A stretch of DNA of 64,000 bases from Phoronis australis. Taxonomy: Eukaryota; Animalia; Phoronida. Positions 38,277 to 49,514 of this stretch are shown one piece after another. Every line of letters starts with the position of its first letter. Position 1 is the stretch's first letter. The stretch lies in the NCBI GenBank assembly GCA_002633005.1, contig NMRA01000039.1, forward strand, positions 569,533-633,532, read 5' to 3'. A program made the position numbers and the translations under genes. The notes beneath the pieces were generated by a model. That model was not told where the DNA came from. It saw nothing but the letters and a program-made list of their open reading frames with translations, and did not search any database.

Positions 38277-39487
38277 ATGACCACTTTTTTACCCACATTG
38301 GTGCACAGCTGTAAATTTATATACAGCTTTGTACCAAGGCTAGGCCTCTTGGTGCCCCCTGGTGGCTAAGTCAGTGCGTAGTAACTATTTGTTATGAGAG
38401 TTTTGCTCCGTTTCGACACTAGCGTACGACCACGAATCAAATGAATTGTCACGAATCAAAAATAATTCAAATTCATGCAAATTCATGGAATTTTGGCAGT
38501 TTCGAATGATCGAGTTGCTTAGTCATACGTTCTGTAGACTCGAGAGCATCGCGAAATTGCAAAACTGAAAAATGTAAAAATGGTAAGTATTTAATCTAAT
38601 CTTGAGCTGAGAAATACATATGTGCTGGTTCTGGGCAGCTAATGGTTAATGGAGATACAGTGAAGTGACTGTAATCAGATAAATTGTACAAATGGTGGAA
38701 ATGCCCATGCGCAGATGCTTGTCTTCTCATTTTCGAGCGTAGGAATACATGATGGTTGCCTCAAAGGTCGTATTTTAGTAGCGGTTCCCCTCCAGTCGCT
38801 AGTTTCAGCTTCCCACTGTCCTCCTCCCAGTGGTACTGTAGATTCTTGGGGCGATGCTCCCTGTGTTGCCGGTTGTGAAGACGGATAGCAAATTTCGGGG
38901 ATAAGCATGATCGAAAAAACTATGGGCAACCCTATCAATGCCTATTGTAATTCTTCAAGTAGAACAACCCGCATGGGCTTCGACAAGAAGTGGGCCATTC
39001 GAATAACATTTCGTTGAAAATTGTGTAGATAAGATGTAAAAAGCCAGTTGCACGAGTTTTGTTGACTCTAATAAGCTAGTGACTCGCACGAAATGGCAGG
39101 CCTTCGAAGAGGCAACTTTCCACGCAGCTCGCGTAAGTTTTTTTTCCAAGATCGGTAAAAAGACAATTGGTTGGCTTCGCTGGTTCCGCCAGCTGAAACG
39201 GTTAAGAAATTGGTTCTTGATGACGAATTCTGCTTTACAGACCAATCAGATTCAGTGACCAGTTGAGCCGGCGAAGTCAATCAAGTGCAGCCATTGTCAA
39301 GCAGACTCTTACACAGTCTCAAGACACCAAGTATATTGCACATTTGTAAGCCTTTCATTCTCGTGCGTTTTACATATTAAATTCGTGCACGTGCGTTGTT
39401 ACGAAAAACTAAAAAGCGATGTTTTCGATTTTACACACTGGCTCTACGTGGCACGTTCATCTTTTCCGGAAACCTAGGACTTAAGCA

Positions 39488-39514
39488 ATGTGGAGACATC
39501 GCCTTCCCATAACC
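39488..39514 (+). CDS. Candidate first coding exon (MWRHRLPIT) of the TspO-like membrane protein gene
   Basis: ATG followed by a phase-0 donor ACC|gtaagt that matches the phase-0 acceptor at 40108. An alternative ATG|gtaagt exists at 38580-38582. Confidence 0.45.
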
Positions 39515-40107
39515 GTAAGTAACAAGTGTCCAGCTCAGGAGTATCAGCGAAACAACTTTCGAGAATGTGACCTCAGTGTTGTTTTGTTTTTGAGATTTCT
39601 TCGAGACAAGTGGAAGGTTGAGGAAAAGCAGATTATGCAGTTTTCAAAGGAATAGCTCAGTTCAAAATCAGTTAGCGAAGATGGTGGGAAATATATTTAG
39701 AAGACAGAATGGTGTTAAATTTATCTTGAAAAGATACAGCAACGCTGAAAATTATAACTCAAGATCAGATATCAACCAAAGAGAAAAGAAGACATGAACT
39801 GAGTATTGGCTAATTTGTATATCAATTCTTGACCAGAATGAGTGGGCCACATTATAAAAACATCTGTAAAATTTAATTTTTAAATCTTCTAGCAAGATGG
39901 CCTCCTTGAGCAAGCAGAAGTTGATGTACTACCTTTAACCACAAGATGTCGTTCTGTTGTTAACAAGTATCTGAACAGAAAATATCCTTAATTGTCTCGT
40001 TTCAAGCTTCAACTTACAACAAACATTAAGTCGATAAAAGATTAACTAGTCGTTGATCAACCAAGCACTTGCATAGCCCTACACTCATGCCCATGTTTGT
40101 CTTTCAG

Positions 40108-40210
40108 AGAACACCTTCAAGACATAACAAGAAACTGCTATTGGTTGCCATGGTATCCATATTCATGTATTTCGTTTCCCTCATCAGCTTTGCAGCCACT
40201 GAAATATCAA
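40108..40210 (+). CDS. TspO-like membrane protein, exon encoding TM1 (RTPSRHNKKLLLVAMVSIFMYFVSLISFAATEIS)
   Basis: Acceptor tttgtctttcag| and phase-1 donor A|gtacgt, which fits the next exon. Encodes a hydrophobic helix. Confidence 0.7.
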
Positions 40211-40750
40211 GTACGTCGAGTACAGCTATGTCAGTTACTATTGTCTTACTATTTTTCGTATCTTTCTCGTTTGTGTAATAGTTGTTAGTTCTCATTTACT
40301 TATTCTCTGAATGATCGCTCAATTTTAATTAAAAGTCTTTCAATCGTTAAAGCTTCTGACCCAAAGAGCCTGGTTCCGTTTCATCAAAGGTTCCTTGCGG
40401 CCACTGGTACTTAAGACGGTTGTAAACCCGTTATTGCGAACGCGACGCTGCGTTTCTTCGTGAGAGCGAACCGTTGCAGCTGACGTCAAGTTGGCGTTTT
40501 TCATATTCCGACTCTACCCCTTCAAACTTGAAAAATCACGTTAGTAAACTTTGTGCAATCGTGTTAGCGAACTTTGGACTAACAACCTTTGATAAAACAG
40601 GCCCCTGTTTTTTCAATGAATCATTAGGCCTACTGTTTTCGGTAAGCATTTCACACATATGCCACGGACTTAGTGAGATGTCCAAACTTAAACGTATTTT
40701 AGACCTAATAACGACACGTTGTTGTTACCCCTATGTAACCCTACTGGCAG

Positions 40751-41661
40751 GTCCAAGTAACCTCACGGAGATGGAGGCGTTTCCGGTCGGCTCGGTCAGC
40801 CCTTCCACTGTGATAGCGCCTATCTGCTTCGGCTGGCAAGGAGTTATCGTTGTTTACATCTCGTCCACACTGTTCCGCAAGAACCGACAGCACAGGCGCA
40901 TCTACAACTCGCCCCGCCTCAACAATGTGGCGTTCTATTTCCAGTACGGTAGCACGTTTGTGCTCGCGTTCTGTTGGTGGCGGCAGCAGAGGTACGTCGG
41001 CGAGGAGAACTGGACACTGGTGATCGCCATCGCTTGGGTCGTGAGTGCTCTGTCGGCACTGTTCATCGCGCTGGCGCGACTGCGCATCAAAAAGACGCGA
41101 GTTCGCAGTGAGCTGCGACCATTCGAACGGACCTACATGCTGGTAGTTGTGATGAACGGTCTCGCCCTGTATGCCGCCTGGGCGAACATCAAGTTCTTAG
41201 ACACGTTCTCGATAGTTTTGCAGGAGCTCAATTACGGACCGTTCAAGGAGAAGAACGCGAGTCTCTACGTCCATATCTTTATGCTTAGTTTGGAAATGCC
41301 CATCATAGCCTTTCTAGAACTGTTTCTTTACGGTGACCAGACGGTGTACGTAGTGTCTCACCGCGTGCTACATACTGTTCGCCTCATTCAAATATTAGTG
41401 AGTATAAGCGTCCGGCCTGGTGAGAGGTCGATAGGGTTGCTTTCTTTCGCAGGAATGCTCGAGTTCATCCACGAGCAGGCGAATTGCTATAAGGTCTTTA
41501 TGATAGTGAGGAAGGTGCAAAAAGCGTCTGCGAGTCGAAAGAAAAATATGGAAGAAGCAAAAAGGGACATTGATCAAATCTTAAGACAGTCGATGAGGAT
41601 ACCAAACAGACCTAAAGTGATTCGAAGCGTTTCGCTTGTTTCGTCTACAAGTTCAACATGA
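40751..41661 (+). CDS. Multi-pass membrane protein, main exon; divergent member of the TspO-related animal family (si:ch211-161h7.5-like)
   Basis: GC-rich coding-like sequence starts at the acceptor ctggcag|40751 and encodes several hydrophobic segments. WQGVIVVYISSTLFRKN...YNSP, NGLALYAAW and FLELFLYGDQTVY resemble this family as recalled from memory. Confidence 0.75.
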
Positions 41662-42689
41662 AGGTGAAAAATAAGGTTTTTTAAAAACAAAAAAACTAGA
41701 CTTAAGGGCAAGGACTACTCTGTCCACTTGTCCAACAGTTGCTGTGGGACCGTAAGGAATGGATATGCTGCACGTAGTTAGTTGAAAGGAAATGAATAAG
41801 AACAAAATCATGACTACTGAAATATTGATTATTCTTATTAATGACGCTAAAGTAGTAACTATGATATAAAACAGAATTTGAGCAAACATGTTTTGTTGAT
41901 GGTTTGCGTGTCTAGCAAAACAGACAAGGTTGAATGTTGCAAACGGCTTTGATGACATGACGCAGTCCTCTCTGATATTGTCTCCTTGGAAACTTGATTT
42001 TCAACACCATCGCAGAATTCGAACTTGAATTCGTTAAGTTTTGGTGTGCCAAATGAAAAGTTTACAATTCATGCGGACCCTGCGGGCACACAAAACTGTT
42101 GAAGCTCGATATTTTTTTGCGATTCTCTCGAGTTCTTATAGTCAGAAAAGACAAGCCATTCCCTTGGCTGCATCATTTGAAAATGTAAAATAGACTTGAG
42201 TGTTATCATCGGCTGTAACAGACATAATACAGCTTACTGTAATGCTTATGCCTGTCAACCTTGTTGCTTGATTTTCTCAATCAAATTTGAAATTCTGCTA
42301 TCGTCATTTAAATAATGTTCAAGCTTGGCCAATATTAATCAAGCTTGGCCAATGTTATTTTGTTTTCCCATATTTAACCATTGCTTTCAAGCGAACTATA
42401 CATTCCCGTGAAACCGTGTTGTCCAAGTTTAAAGCTATTGTCGCACGATGTTGAGTTTGCATCCCGTTTACGTAAAATATAATCATAAAAGAGATACCAG
42501 AATGAGACATAAAAATGCCTTTCCTAGACCTGTCCATGAAGAAAGTTGAATCTACCACGTAAGTAATTGAAATGAAATGTTGACATTAGTTTGTGAACTC
42601 TTCAGTTAAATGTTTAATTGATATGATAAAATGACGAATATAATTTTATTTTTTTAAACACGTTATACCACTTTTGCCATGTAACACGG

Positions 42690-42767
42690 GTTAGGTGGTT
42701 CGAGATTGTTCAGCGTTAGGTGGTTCGAGATTGTTCGGCGTTAGGTGGTTCGAGATTATTCAGCGTT
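42690..42767. repeat. 25-bp tandem repeat x3
   Basis: GTTAGGTGGTTCGAGATTGTTCAGC repeated three times with single substitutions. Confidence 0.95.
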
Positions 42768-45700
42768 GTTATTAGTGATGACTGGTATGTGATAAGCTTG
42801 AATTATATTGCGTACGAACAAACTTATTTCAGCTTGGAGAACGATGTTTACAACCGCGTATCGTCTTACAGTTATCGCTTAAAAATGTGGTCGCACTCTC
42901 GACGCTCCCTGCTGTTACATGTATCTACGATTCCCTGGATTAAGGGGACCACAACTTTGGTATATAATCGCCATTTATTGCTGGGTTCAGTAACTTATTA
43001 AAACAGTCCTAAGAATTCCTTGCTAGGGCGATGCGTCGGTGCTTTCAGGCAGTCCAGTCTTCGCTGTAGTTTTGTCAGTGTCGAGTTGTCCGCAAGATCA
43101 AGGCAATTTTCCCCGAACCGTTCTCAACAACAAAAACGTGAACAACTGGAGACAAATTGCGATATAAAAGTGCTTTATTTCAAGATCACAAATGAAAACA
43201 TCACAATTCCAACAAATTATGTACATTTGAAAAACTCAACAAATCTTTTCAAGTCCTTACAAAGCTCATGCCATCACTGGAGATTACTTCCTCCAAACGA
43301 CCAACAGCAAAAATATAAATAAATACACAAAACAAAAATAAAGCCTGTCATATATTCCTTATCCACCGAATTGTGAATGCATATTGTGTTGAACGAGATA
43401 GTATGTTCCGCGGAAGACGATTGTAGGTTACCTCACTAACATTCACAGAACAACGATAAAACATGAGAAAATTTAACAACACTACGACCAAGTATATCTT
43501 TGAAGGCAAATCGTAACAGTCTTCCAACAGAATTACACAAAAATCGTTAGATGCGTAAATACGACAATTTCAAAACACTCTGAAGTTGAATTTAAAATAA
43601 AAAAAATTCCACATCGACATAAGACATCACCCATAGCAACTGAGGATAGACATGATTTGAACAGATTTGTGGGTGCTGCTGCTTGAAAACCCCCTCTGTA
43701 CAGTTAACAACTGTAACAGCAAATGGAAATGGGTCTCATTGTTGCGACTTGATATCACTAACGTCAGTTCATAACTTTCCAGAGTTGAAATCAACATTCG
43801 AGATTTAGATTTACGTAACTGGCTCCCAATTGCTCCCACGGGGGTCATTTTATTGTGCCCTTGAAATTGAAGAGATGAATGCTCAGTGACCTAGAAATAT
43901 ATTTTACTGCTCCACATGGAAATGATCGATATTTGCTGCCCAGATTAAAGACTGTCTCTCCACCTCATTTAGTTAGTGTACAAATTAGTGTGAAATTTAA
44001 TGTTAATTGGTCGAATTTTATTCCAAAGTGATGCTTTTTCAACATGGTGTCAGTGTAAAGTTTTAAAGTTTTTAATCTTTCTAGAGGTGCACTGATAAAA
44101 TGACGACCTAATTTTAACAAGGTCAAACTAAAATTTAATAAACCTAAATAAATTGATAGTAAAAAAGCAAATATCTAGAGGGTTGAATTAAAGAATTATT
44201 CATGATTTATTGATGATACTTTTTCATTCAAGAAATTCAATCTATTTTACAATCAGTAGATAAGAAATGTTTTTTAATCTAGACCTTAGGGGTTTATTTT
44301 GGCTCCAAGAAGGTTAGGCAAGACTTCTCAAAAATGTCCTTTTGAATAAAGTATGCTACTAAAAATTTCTATAAAGGAAAAGTGTAAAAATAACACATAA
44401 AAACAACATTAATATGTACATAATATTTGCATGACGCAGTAAGAATTCACATTTAAATTGACGCTCAATAACAACATTTTGATTGTTTAATATTGTGCTA
44501 CAGAGATTAGTTTAAAACATTTCACCATGGTGGACAAAAATTAAACTTTATGAATGCAAAACATGAAATGGTTTAAGTTAGAATAAGAATAATTGCTCAA
44601 AAAACAAAATATTAGCACCCATTGACCTAAAGTGACAGCAACACATGTTGCATTTTGCAATATACAAATGATAGTTTTAATGTAAACTCAACTAAAAATT
44701 CATTTGTCAAAAACAAATATCACTGTTCAAATGCTGAGGCAAACCACATAATTCCTTACAAAAGAAACTTTCCTGATATGTAGTAGAAAATCACTATCTA
44801 CACACTGATATAAAAGAATGTCACAAGCCCTTGAACTGAAAAATTATCTACTTTCATGAATCCAAAAAGGCATAATTTGCCAAGTCACAACTGGATTAAA
44901 CATAACAAGATTCATCCAAAAGTAGTCACTTCTTGCCCTGGGTTTCTGACAACACCATTATGCCTCAAACAGCCCAGGCGTGTATGCCTTAAACCTCTGC
45001 CTTCAATCAGATTAGATCATGGATTCAACTTGAAATTATTTTTGACACATAACATTCTACTCTTGTGCAAACTCAAGATAAGTGTCCATCATTTCATGCT
45101 TCAGTGCACAGGTGACTACCTAACCCTAGTTCACACTTTATGAACCTCATCAGTAAAGCTGTAAAGTTGCCGGTCTTTCTACGACATCTTGAGTCCAAAC
45201 TTTTGAACAAGACATTCACCCACATAAACCATAACATACTTGAACACACAAACATCAACACTTGTCTTGAGTTAGCACCAAAGTAGAATAAAAAATATTT
45301 CTATTTTGAGTAAAAACATTAGACCCCCGCTCTGGTTTATGTTCATCAAGTTAACTAGAGGTCAACCCAGATGTTCAAAACCTTCCAATGATACCATTAT
45401 GTTTCAAACAACAGCCCAAGCTTCAGATTTCAACCTTTCATTTCCATTAGAGGCTGGCTTTTTACTATACCGGGTAGGCCTAGTTTCAATTAAAAAGTCA
45501 ATTACAGGTCTGCTAAGACGAACAAAATCTTCGTAAAAAGTTCATCATTAGGACGTAGTACCAAGTGTCGCCTTAAAATATCGATACAGATTCATCAACA
45601 GAGGCACTGCCCCTCCCCCCCACCTAGTGGTGGGTTTCATAAAAGAACTTGACATCCTATCTTCACCTATGAAAACTAATCACTGGTGATTTTTTTCTAC

Positions 45701-47050
45701 CAGTAAAAATAGACAACAAACATAAAATTCAAAGAAAGTCTCCAACTTCGACATTTCTTAGTACGCGAAATTAATATTTAAAATGTTGTCAAGTTATGAG
45801 TGTCCAGTAAAAAGTCCCAGAAATTTAAAGCCACAATTTTTGTCAATTTTTAATAAAATAAAATCCACAGCGTCCATCAGAGGCTGAATTACGATAAAAT
45901 CCACCACACACTTATGCTGAATTTGAAACATTACGGTAAATACACAAAAAGTATAGCACAACATTTCAACCTAGACAGCAGCCCAACAGAGATTTCAATT
46001 CCACACAACCATAAAGAGAATATTACTTTTCGAGTCAGAGGATTGTAAATTCTCAGTCTTCTTCTATTTCGTAAAGCCTTCAGACTTGCTGAGGCCCATA
46101 GTTCTTAAAAAGCGTATCCTGCACGGCAGGTTCTTTGGTTACAGTAACGATGCAAATTCGTGACCAACTGGACAAGAGGTTTTCGGACAATCTTTTAAAT
46201 GTGCATTCAAATGAGAGTAAGCAAAAGTACTATCTCTTCACAATACACAAGGTCCTATGACTTAAACCCACACGATCTTCATAAGAATGAGTCACCAGTT
46301 AATTTCAACGACTTTTAACCTTACACACTCTTCAGATTCTAGGGTGTACTGCATTAGTTTGTAACAGATTCTAAGAGCGACAAGATAATCTCTACTACAG
46401 GGTGAGATAGCAAAAGGTGGTACGGCACTATTAAATGCCTACAGATGGCCCTGTCAGCAACAGTGCACAGCATTGGGTTGACTCAGTTACCAACCCCTCA
46501 GTGAATGCTTATCTAAACTTGTGCACCAGATTTATAAGGTCACATAGTTATGGCACTACCTAATGCTACAGACTGTTTGGCAAAGTCAGGGTCACATATT
46601 CTGTCTACATGAAGCAGTAACAGGTTCATTGAGCCATTACTAATTGCATCTCTTATGACACCTTCAAAGTTCATGAGCACAGCAGAGCCTTCCCATGCTT
46701 GATGGAGCTTGCACCTTCACAAGCTGGCCACTGTGTCTGATGGCCTATAAAGATGTTTCACTGCACAACCTTCCTGACAGCAAAATCCATCAACAACCTC
46801 TATCAACAACACACACAATACAAAATGGTGATCAAACAGTGCCAAATGACCATAAGACGGTAACTTCACACATACATTTCTTCCAGACCTTCAGGGCATG
46901 ACAACAATGGCACACCATCAGCACAAGTATACTGCTGTTGACTTCCAAGTCGTTTTGAAGTGCCAGATGCTGACACCCGTGAATGGAATTAGATTACAGG
47001 TTAGAAAGACGATAAGGATAGATGCATACATGCGCGCACAAATGCCAGCA

Positions 47051-47691
47051 CTACAGAGATGTGTTCTCCTGAATGGGGATCACAACAGAATCCATACTGG
47101 CTGGTGACTGTTCCAGTCCTTTCACTCCGTTAGTGTCCATCCGCTGCAGGTCAATGATCTCATTCTCTGGGATGTCACCTTCATCTATGAACGGGTAAAC
47201 GTCACACAGAGAACTGAGGTCTGTTGAAGCTGGTGGTAACGCTGAACCATGACCACCATTGTCCACACCGTTGTATTTGCTGGATGGCCGTGGCCTCAAA
47301 ACACCATCCAATTTCCTGTCTCTTTTCAACGATTCGATGAACCCCACCCTCTGTTGTGGCGTAGGTGCAATGTTCAAAACGCGATCCCCGCCACTGGTTT
47401 TTAATATCGGCCTGGCATTAAATGTCTGAGCATGCTGTGGATCTGACTTTTGCTGAATGAAAAAGGTATTCTCTGGCGATGATGAGAGTGACTTTGAGTG
47501 AGCAGTGCTGCCATCTGGTGACACCTGCACAAGATTCAGCAGTGTGCGCAAGTCTCTGCTTAGTGAGACAACCTCTTTAGACAGTGAGGTCACTTGCTTG
47601 TCCAGATGCTCTACAGAGGTCCTCGTCTTATCAAGGTCTTGCCTCATTTCCAAGAGTGCCAAAGATTCCTCCGACGACGATAGCTTTGCTC
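47051..47691 (-). CDS. KCNH8: Elk-type K+ channel, last exon with tetramerizing coiled coil, ending ENTSL*
   Basis: Phase-1 acceptor ttcgcag|. Heptad pattern LDKTRTSVEHLDKQVTSLSKEVVSLSRDLRTLLNLV. The frame stays open to TAG at 47051. Confidence 0.85.
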
Positions 47692-48187
47692 CTGCGAATC
47701 AAATTTTAATTAAAATTCATAAACAGCCAACATAAAAGTGCATCCATCATGTTGTGGAAATGGCATGAAACAAAAAGGTGTAAAATAAGTTAAGTGACAC
47801 TACAGTGACTAAATGGCTACATATTATGGTAATTCGTTGCTTACTTCCACAAAAATAATTGCCAAAATTGGCATTTTTCCAATTTTCTAAGACTGATGAC
47901 CTTGCTGCAAGTGATAGAAACTACCAAATGTTGTGTCATGACATCTACACAGCCAACATTTTCATAATCTTTATTTTTGTGAAGAAATTTGGGCAAAGTA
48001 TTATTTCACTCATCAAAAAAGGCAAAGAATTACCAAGGTACGTTTAGCACTTGACCTTTAAAAACTTATTACGGATGGATTTTAAGAAGTTGCAAAGACT
48101 GTTTCAGCGACAACACTCAAATTGGATTTGTTCAAGTCAGCAATGTTGACTTGCTCGCTGTATTTGGATTTCAAACTTTGCAATTAA

Positions 48188-49277
48188 AGGCAAAAGCAAC
48201 CTTTTCTCATGTCATTTTTAGCAAAAATAAGGTTCGTTGATTATCCCAGACATATTTTTCACTTAATTACAGCTTTTTGTAATTTAAGTAATTAGTTGTC
48301 CTCTACTCCAGAAGTTACATTTTGGGAGGCAAGAATTTCGCGCCAACTTCTTTTCATATGGTCTAACTGTGAGAACTGTCGAGTCGGTCATTGTTCTACC
48401 TCGGCTGTGATAAGTTCGGTCGTTGTTTGCTTTTGTTTACTAGTCAGTCAACATGCCACACTGTTGCTGCGTACCGGGATGTACTCATTATCGTCTCACG
48501 CTTGCTTTGGAAGTACCTTTGCATCGCTTTCCGAAGGCCTGCGCACGTCTGATGCACCGCAAATGACATCAGACCACCTGTACTGTTTTTTTTTTCCGAA
48601 GGATGACACACACTTCGCGTTACTTGGCTCGTTCTTGTGAACACAGCGTTACCCGTCCACGCAACATACAAAGTAGTGGAGGGTTACTGAGTGTGTGGCA
48701 AGCATTTTCTGCAGTCAGATTATGACAACATTCAACAACATTCAGAACTCTTGTTTAAAACAAGTTGCCAATGACTCATCCATCTCACAACATCTAGAGT
48801 TGGTCACAGAATATACCGAGAAGGGGGACTTGTCACTGCTGGGTGATGGCAGGTCCGACTCACCACGGTGGTCTGCCAAATACACCAAATACACACTAAT
48901 GGAGGAGCAATCTAAAAAGATTGTCGACGTCGAACTCATGCTATTTACTTACTACAAACTAAACAATCCCTAAATCCAACGTAATTGAGTTTTCTAATAA
49001 CCTAGCTTGTCGTAGAATTACTCATTGATGGGAAGAGGTGAGGACAGTTTTAGAAGAACAGCACAAAAACAAATTAAAGTAGTACAGATTCTCACAGTAA
49101 ACTCAAAGCAGAAGCAAATTGGCGCAAAATTCTTACCTCCCAAAACGTCACTTACGGAGTAGAGGACGAGTAATTAATTAAATTACGAAAAGCTGTAATT
49201 AAGTGAAAAATATGTCTGGGATAATCAACAAACCTTAATTTTGCTAAAAATGAAATGAAAAAAGGTTGCCTTCAAAT
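48188..49277 (+). mobile_element. Kolobok-type deletion derivative with long TIRs, a THAP start and a transposase fragment
   Basis: TTAA flanks (48184-87, 49278-81) and ~155-bp imperfect TIRs. MPHCCCVPGC...LHRFPK from 48453. LLGDGRSDSPRWSAKYTKYTLME..KIVD in 48695..48973. Confidence 0.85.
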
Positions 49278-49368
49278 TTAATGAGCAGCAAACTTGTGGT
49301 GGGAGAAAATTCCCGAAACCATTCCCCCTACACTCCCAACACAACTAAAAACCGCAACAATACTTTAC

Positions 49369-49514
49369 CCTGAGAGGATAGAGGTCCGGGGACTCCTGTG
49401 AATATATTACGCAGTCCACCTTCAATGAATGGAGCGCGACTTCTGAGCTTTGCTGAGGCTCGTCGTGGCATTTCAAAGCTCCGTCGACGCTGCGTGTTCA
49501 CTTCTGGGGCATCC
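49369..49514 (-). CDS. KCNH8: Elk-type K+ channel, C-terminal exon (DAPEVNTQRRRSFEMPRRAS...GPLSSQ)
   Basis: Boundaries ctttag| and G|gtaaag. Phase 2->1 bridges the neighbouring exons without stops. Confidence 0.75.

Noticed and set aside
40474-40750. N-terminal part of the 395-aa ORF as coding
   Set aside because: It starts at TTG in AT-rich sequence and is better explained as intron between the donor at 40211 and the acceptor at 40750.
42690-42767. CRISPR-like 25-bp repeats
   Set aside because: Head-to-tail tandem copies without spacers.
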